Below, one piece after another: positions 28,110 through 33,099 of a DNA stretch of 33,099 bases. A model generated the notes under the pieces. The model searched no databases, was not told where the DNA came from, and saw only the letters and a program-made list of their open reading frames with translations. Every line of letters starts with the position of its first letter. The stretch's first letter is position 1. The position numbers and the translations under genes are program-made. Location: positions 1 through 33,099 of IMG/VR virus record IMGVR_UViG_3300017780_006748; one strand, written 5' to 3'. This DNA is from a virus (taxonomy: Duplodnaviria; Caudoviricetes).

Positions 28110-28462
28110 TATTTAGGGAGTTGTAAATCTATTAATTGTTGATTTAAGTCTAGGTTTTGCTGTTGTAATTGATTTATTTCTTCAATTAATGCTTGAATAT
28201 CGTTATTTACTAAAGCTGAACCTACATATTCGGCACTTGTTTTAGCAAGATATTCATGAGAATTAGTATCTCCAAGTTTAGGTATATCAAAAAACAAATC
28301 AGTATAACTTTGAAAAAAATCAAATACTTTAGTATCGGCCGATGCAGGTTCAGGAATATTTTCAGCGGTTGGTGATTTAGCTAGTTGAGTAAAATTAGTA
28401 TCAATAACTTTTTTATATTGATTTTTAGCATATACTTTTTTATTTAGATTCAGTTCTTCCAT
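28109..28462 (-). CDS. Small structural protein with a C-terminal coiled coil
   Basis: DIQALIEEINQLQQQNLDLNQQL; TAATG-coupled on both sides. Confidence 0.6.
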   Translation of the reverse strand: MEELNLNKKVYAKNQYKKVIDTNFTQLAKSPTAENIPEPASADTKVFDFFQSYTDLFFDIPKLGDTNSHEYLAKTSAEYVGSALVNNDIQALIEEINQLQQQNLDLNQQLIDLQLPK

Positions 28463-29568
28463 TATCCTTTAATTATTTTAAAATAATAATCATTATCCAA
28501 TACTACTATACTACCGTTTACTGTAGTTTGAATTAGTACTTTATAATATCTTTCAGGTTGTAACCCATTCATGTATAATGTGAAATTACTACTAGTAGCG
28601 TCCATACTTAGTTGAGTATATGTTGTGTCAAAATCTATTACATATTCATCTGTATCTAAATCCTTTATTGCATAATAAGATTCTGTAGGTAAATAGGAAT
28701 TTTGAGTAAAATAAGATGCAGTTGCAAATACTCTTGCTGGGTATTCTGGTCTTGAGTATACTCTAAATTTATTTATACTTTCAGGATAAAAATACCCTGA
28801 GTTATCTCCTAAAGTAACTACAAAAGGTTGAGCACTAATTGTAGGTAAAGTGGATGAACCAGTATTAAAAGTAGCATCTACCCATTTAAATTCTAAACAT
28901 GGTGGATAAATGGTATGTGTATCAATAGAGAAATACTTCATTTTAGGTTGAAGATTTTCATTATCTATAAATTCATCTTTTTGTTTGACAATAAATCCAT
29001 TATTATCTATTGAACTACTATACCACTCAGATACTATATTTGTAGTGTCAATATTTATATCCTTATCTGTGTAATAATTAAATGTTTGAGAACCTGAGTA
29101 AGTAGTATACCAAGTACCTCCACCAATGTCTACAGATGAAGAGTAAGATCCAGTTGTATCTATATTAAATGTTCCATCAGTCCAAGTGTTTCCACCTTGA
29201 TAATCTTTCCAAAACCAACTTGCCCCATTTTGTACTTGAGGGACATACTCAAATCTACCTGTACCCATATTCCATGATTGGGAAACAGCATATGTTTCTA
29301 TAGTAGTGGTTGAATTTAAAGCTGTAACATTAGCCACTAAACATTTTAAATTTGATTGCCATTGCGACCCAGATATTTTATTACTTATAATATCTGTAAT
29401 TTCATTTGAATCAAATTGAATTAAGAAGCGACTTGCTTGGGGGGCAGGTGTTCCTAAATTTCCTACTTCTAAAGAAGCTTCTAAAATTTCATCTAATCCA
29501 GTATTCATTTCTGGATAAATAGAGTATAAAGTTGTATCTTGAGTTGGGAATATTTTATATATAGCCAT
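28462..29568 (-). CDS. DNRLRE/CBM96-like domain virion protein
   Basis: PTQDTTLYS.YP..NTG...SRFLIQFD...SQSW..GTG...NNGFIVK...FS......PPCLEFKW pattern. Confidence 0.55.
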   Translation of the reverse strand: MAIYKIFPTQDTTLYSIYPEMNTGLDEILEASLEVGNLGTPAPQASRFLIQFDSNEITDIISNKISGSQWQSNLKCLVANVTALNSTTTIETYAVSQSWNMGTGRFEYVPQVQNGASWFWKDYQGGNTWTDGTFNIDTTGSYSSSVDIGGGTWYTTYSGSQTFNYYTDKDINIDTTNIVSEWYSSSIDNNGFIVKQKDEFIDNENLQPKMKYFSIDTHTIYPPCLEFKWVDATFNTGSSTLPTISAQPFVVTLGDNSGYFYPESINKFRVYSRPEYPARVFATASYFTQNSYLPTESYYAIKDLDTDEYVIDFDTTYTQLSMDATSSNFTLYMNGLQPERYYKVLIQTTVNGSIVVLDNDYYFKIIKG

Positions 29569-29586
29569 TTTTAAATTTTACTTATG

Positions 29587-31434
29587 TTATAAATTAACAA
29601 CTCTACCTAGAATATCAGTTGCTGGATATTTTACTTCAAAAATCATAGGGTCTAATGATGGGTAAACCACATTGTCTTTAGTTGCTCCAGATACATCATA
29701 TGCATAAACCGAATATCCTAAATTTACTCCTGTTAGATTTTTTACATCGATTGTTTTAACTGTTTGAACACCTTCTATTTTATCTAAAAGAATATAAAGT
29801 TCTCTTAATATAATAGGTTGGTTAATTTGCCAATTATTGATTGCAAAATATGATTGTAATGCAGTAATACATTTAGTTAAAACTTCATTACTATTAAAAT
29901 TAGGTAATATAATTATATCAAAATTAACTCCAATATTAATTACAAAGGCATCTTTAATATTAATAGCATCATTTATCATTCTGTATATTGAAAGATAAGT
30001 AGATAAATTTTGTTTTAAAGCTAACGAAGCGTTATTTAATTTCCCGTCAATATCAACGGTTAAAACATATAAATCCAACACACCGACTGATTCTCCAGAT
30101 GATGTATCTTGTGCTCTAGTAGGTTGAGTAAACGCTTTAGCTATATTTCCATATTTAGAAGGCATACTTAATGCTCTTACTAAGTAATCATCTTGAGTTA
30201 CATTTCTTAATTGACTAGCAAAATTAACTGAGGAATTTTGTCTAATTTCTTCTATTGTATCTCCATCTCCTCCTCCACTTGCGGCTTCAGGATTTGTAAC
30301 TACTAATGAAGAAAAAATATCATTTGCAGTTGTACTATTTAAATTAGTATTTAAAAAATTTACTGAGCCATTTAATTTAGTTAATGAATTTGCAGCTACA
30401 TTAGCTGTTACTCCTCCTCCTGTTAAATATCTAAATGTTAATGTAGTATTTGAAGGTGCAATACCATAGGTATCTGTGAATAGAAAATTTGATGGTGCAT
30501 ATGCTGTTGTAAGTTTTGTTTGTTCGAATGGTAATCCTATACCAACATTATCTAAATTTGGAACTATAGTTTCATCTGAGTCAGATGTTGTTCCTGCACC
30601 AAATTGGATTTGTAATGTAGTTGAATTTTTAAAACGAGAAGCAAATCTACGTTGAATTTTTTTTAATTTTAATAAATATGGAGCATCGGTATATTTAGAT
30701 AAATTAGGATCGTTAACGTTTATATTTTTAATAGAATCAAAAACCATTTCTTGTCCTAAATAATCTACTTCATACCACTTATTTCCTTCAGTATCAACAC
30801 AATCTAATATTCCTACTATATTTGGAGTATTTATTTCAATTGTTGAAAATCTAATAGGAGATCCAAATGAAAATGTTTTAGTATTAATTGTAGATGAAAT
30901 TGATTTACGTGTTTTTTTTAATAAAAAATATGTTGGGTTGTTATTAGATATTTCATAAATTGAAATAGACGTTGGATCTGTGGAACTAGATACTGAGAAA
31001 TCTACAGGATCGTTAATTAAAAATGATATTCCATTTTCTGTAGTTACAGTAGCATTTCCATTGACTAATAAAGTATAATCAAAATCCGGGATATAAGTTG
31101 AGCCGGATAATTTAGAAGGTACTTTTTGATAAAAATCTACATTAGTAATTGCTACTCCGGTTACATTTGGTTTATAACCAAACATATATGCTAATTCAAA
31201 TAAATTATTTGATTGTCTAGCAAATTGTAAATAATTTTCTTGTACTTGATTATCTAAATAAAATGACAAAACATCACCTACATATGCTGCCATTTCCATA
31301 AACATCATACCTGGTGATGCAGGACTGAAGTCATTATACGTAGTTGGAAAGTAGGTTTTGGTATAGTCAATTAGATTAGTTCTAAGTTCACTAAAATCTT
31401 TATTTATGTATTTTATATTTTTATTTGCTGCCAT
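29587..31434 (-). CDS. Baseplate wedge subunit (baseplate J / T4 gp6-like)
   Basis: KDFSELRTNL...YVGDVLSFYLDNQVQENYLQFA...FGYKP; IQFGAG; YLTGGG..AN; ASGGGDGDTIEEIR...RNVTQDDY. Confidence 0.9.
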   Translation of the reverse strand: MAANKNIKYINKDFSELRTNLIDYTKTYFPTTYNDFSPASPGMMFMEMAAYVGDVLSFYLDNQVQENYLQFARQSNNLFELAYMFGYKPNVTGVAITNVDFYQKVPSKLSGSTYIPDFDYTLLVNGNATVTTENGISFLINDPVDFSVSSSTDPTSISIYEISNNNPTYFLLKKTRKSISSTINTKTFSFGSPIRFSTIEINTPNIVGILDCVDTEGNKWYEVDYLGQEMVFDSIKNINVNDPNLSKYTDAPYLLKLKKIQRRFASRFKNSTTLQIQFGAGTTSDSDETIVPNLDNVGIGLPFEQTKLTTAYAPSNFLFTDTYGIAPSNTTLTFRYLTGGGVTANVAANSLTKLNGSVNFLNTNLNSTTANDIFSSLVVTNPEAASGGGDGDTIEEIRQNSSVNFASQLRNVTQDDYLVRALSMPSKYGNIAKAFTQPTRAQDTSSGESVGVLDLYVLTVDIDGKLNNASLALKQNLSTYLSIYRMINDAINIKDAFVINIGVNFDIIILPNFNSNEVLTKCITALQSYFAINNWQINQPIILRELYILLDKIEGVQTVKTIDVKNLTGVNLGYSVYAYDVSGATKDNVVYPSLDPMIFEVKYPATDILGRVVNL

Positions 31435-31841
31435 TATGCGAATGTTATTTGAACTTGATCTGTCAATCCAGTATTAATTATACTATATGTTAGTTGTACA
31501 TTTATTTCATTACTATCAGGATATTCTAGAATTTCTAAATTTTCTACTTTTATATTAAGAAAATATTGACTTATTAGTGATTGAATGTTTTCTTTTAAAA
31601 AACTTATATTATCAGATGTTATTTGTTCAAAAATAAATGCTCTTAAATTAGCTCCAAATTGATTATTTAAATATCTTTCTGTTTTGTTTGTTAAAAAGAA
31701 ATTTAATAAATTATTTCGTATAGCATCTTTTGTAGTATATGTTGAAAAAAATACAGATGGTGAGTTAAAAGGAATAGAAATTCCTACAGCCGTTCCCGGC
31801 TTTGTATCAATAGGAAATATTTTTTTTGCTCCGAATGCCAC
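31434..31841 (-). CDS. gp25/GPW-like baseplate wedge subunit
   Basis: AIRNNLLNFFLTNKTERYLNNQFGANLRAFIFE; adjacent to the gp6-like gene; GTG start. Confidence 0.9.
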   Translation of the reverse strand: MAFGAKKIFPIDTKPGTAVGISIPFNSPSVFFSTYTTKDAIRNNLLNFFLTNKTERYLNNQFGANLRAFIFEQITSDNISFLKENIQSLISQYFLNIKVENLEILEYPDSNEINVQLTYSIINTGLTDQVQITFA

Positions 31842-32200
31842 TATTTCTTAATTAAATTCATTATAGCATCTAAACCAAGTTGCCCATCAGGTAATGTTCC
31901 ATTTACTGGGTCTATATTACTTGGTATTTTAAATTCTCCTTCAAAATTTGATTTAGCTGGTTGAGACATTTCACCCAATATGTCTAAATATGCTTTTTTG
32001 TTGTTTACTGGGGATTTAGTAGGTTGGTGAGGAATGGCATTAGTATTAAAACTTAACGTTCTATCATCACTAACTCGATAAGATTCAGTAATTGGTTGTT
32101 TATTACTACGAACTGCCTCCAATAAGATGTCTTTTAATTCTTCTTGGATTGCCTCTTTCATGGCAGTTTTTATTAAATTTTTTAATTCTGATGGTTTCAT
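31841..32200 (-). CDS. Hypothetical protein with the shared leader
   Basis: MKPSELKNLIKTAMKEAIQEELKDILLE...PITE. Confidence 0.6.
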   Translation of the reverse strand: MKPSELKNLIKTAMKEAIQEELKDILLEAVRSNKQPITESYRVSDDRTLSFNTNAIPHQPTKSPVNNKKAYLDILGEMSQPAKSNFEGEFKIPSNIDPVNGTLPDGQLGLDAIMNLIKK

Positions 32201-32203
32201 TTG

Positions 32204-32213
32204 TTATAAATAT
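32204..32213 (-). promoter_or_regulatory. Recurrent ATATTTATAA motif (putative late promoter)
   Basis: Intergenic, 3 nt before the ATG at 32200. Confidence 0.5.
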
Positions 32214-32217
32214 TAAA

Positions 32218-33054
32218 TTAGTCAGCTTTTAAATTATCTTTGTCAATTATTAATTTAAGTTCTTCAATTAAAACTTGTGGGGTTGATGTAAATGATAATG
32301 GGGTTTGTAATAATACAATATTACTATTATTTTTAGCTACGGCTTTTGATCTTTTTACTGTAGGAGAAAATTGTTCTTCAACTATATCTAATACAAATCC
32401 TTTATAATTTTCACCAAATGTTGGTGATACTTCAACTTTATTAGCATTATCAACAACTGTTGTTAAATAACTATTTAAAGATATCATGTTTGGAGAATCA
32501 ATAGGTTTACATCTATTTAAATATATATCTATTATACTTATTATTGCTAAAATTTTAGCTAGTATAGTAGTTACTTGAGTTAAAGCAATATTGATTGAAT
32601 CTACTGTGTTTTGGGCTTGAACTACTTTAGGAGATAGTTTTCTTTCTAAAGTTTGTACTTTACTTAAAGCTATTAATGCTGTATTTGCTGGATCTGGGGA
32701 ACCTGGTGGTGGAGTTGGGAGCAGAGGTATTGCAGATTCTGCTATGGTTCTAGTAGTATTTAAAGTTTGTAGTATTTTAGATGTTGCTGTTATGGTAACA
32801 GTTAAAGGAATTATTGATTTTGATAAAGTTTCAATAGTTTTAGATGTTAAATTTAGTTTATCTACTATTTTATTTCTTAATTCTATTAATGGTTTTAATT
32901 TATCTGCCGGTAAACAAATATCAGGTAAAGTAATAGGTTCTATTTTCTCTAATCCTATTTTAATTAACATCTCAGTAATTTTAGGAACTACTATTTTAAC
33001 TAAATCTTGGGCTTTTTGAGCCAATAAAATAGGTATTTTATCTTTTCCTTTCAT
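32218..33054 (-). CDS. Helical hypothetical protein next to the baseplate genes
   Basis: 278-aa ORF with long amphipathic/hydrophobic helices and a PTPPPG turn. Confidence 0.6.
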   Translation of the reverse strand: MKGKDKIPILLAQKAQDLVKIVVPKITEMLIKIGLEKIEPITLPDICLPADKLKPLIELRNKIVDKLNLTSKTIETLSKSIIPLTVTITATSKILQTLNTTRTIAESAIPLLPTPPPGSPDPANTALIALSKVQTLERKLSPKVVQAQNTVDSINIALTQVTTILAKILAIISIIDIYLNRCKPIDSPNMISLNSYLTTVVDNANKVEVSPTFGENYKGFVLDIVEEQFSPTVKRSKAVAKNNSNIVLLQTPLSFTSTPQVLIEELKLIIDKDNLKAD

Positions 33055-33099
33055 TTCTTTTGTTTAATATTATTATTTACTTTCCCGACTATTTTAATA
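33051..33099 (-). CDS. Possible 3' end of an upstream gene
   Basis: Open frame ...IKIVGKVNNNIKQKK* whose TGA overlaps the ATG at 33054 (ATGA), as elsewhere in this genome. Confidence 0.35.
   Translation of the reverse strand, partial: IKIVGKVNNNIKQKK

Noticed and set aside
24519-31841. Bacterial contractile injection system or tailocin instead of a phage
   Set aside because: Co-oriented primase, exonuclease, holin candidate and many phage-type hypothetical genes, with no bacterial housekeeping genes.
507-33019. Plus-strand ORFs in the track (507, 2348, 3089, 4699, 7170, 8225, 10428, 12193, 14235, 14678, 22049, 32744)
   Set aside because: All lie antisense to longer, motif-bearing, coupled minus-strand genes and have the Phe/Ser/Ile-rich composition of shadow frames.
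1-33099. Stop-codon reassignment as in some large Bacteroidota phages
   Set aside because: Long genes are intact under code 11; TAG (3395, 5896, 16133, 31841) and TGA (790, 10172, 15156) end genes at sensible, often overlapping, boundaries.
1-33099. tRNA, rRNA, structured ncRNA or intrinsic terminators
   Set aside because: Intergenic gaps are under 50 nt and I saw no cloverleaf or GC-rich hairpin followed by a U tract.

Overview
A very AT-rich segment of a large (jumbo-type) myovirus-like bacteriophage, probably infecting Bacteroidota (Bacteroidota-type promoter, Hc1-like small protein, A-rich leaders without Shine-Dalgarno). Every credible gene is on the minus strand and tightly coupled (TAATG, TAGTG and ATGA overlaps), and the standard genetic code fits. 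In transcription order (right to left): a baseplate and tail block (gp25-like, baseplate J/gp6-like, DNRLRE-like, a 1196-aa wedge/LamG protein, tail-collar-like paralogs, a GIY-YIG nuclease, duplicated fibre genes, one split by a +1 frame break); a primase plus PD-(D/E)XK nuclease cassette with its own host-type promoter; then about 14 kb of proteins, many sharing an amphipathic 'LKxIIKE(E)I...LxE' segment that looks like a capsid-targeting and prohead-protease signal. The most unusual element is in this last block: two tandem Pol-beta-type nucleotidyltransferases, the second fused into a five-domain polyprotein (Pol-beta NTase, HxGH nucleotidyltransferase, possible RelE-like RNase, HExxH peptidase, unknown domain) with hydrophobic-x-Glu linkers, followed by a HAD nucleotidase. 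I infer this is a virion-packaged, protease-released enzyme kit. A recurrent ATATTTATAA motif precedes six of the gene blocks. Several ORFs missed by the track were found by hand. All family assignments come from motif recognition, not database searches.
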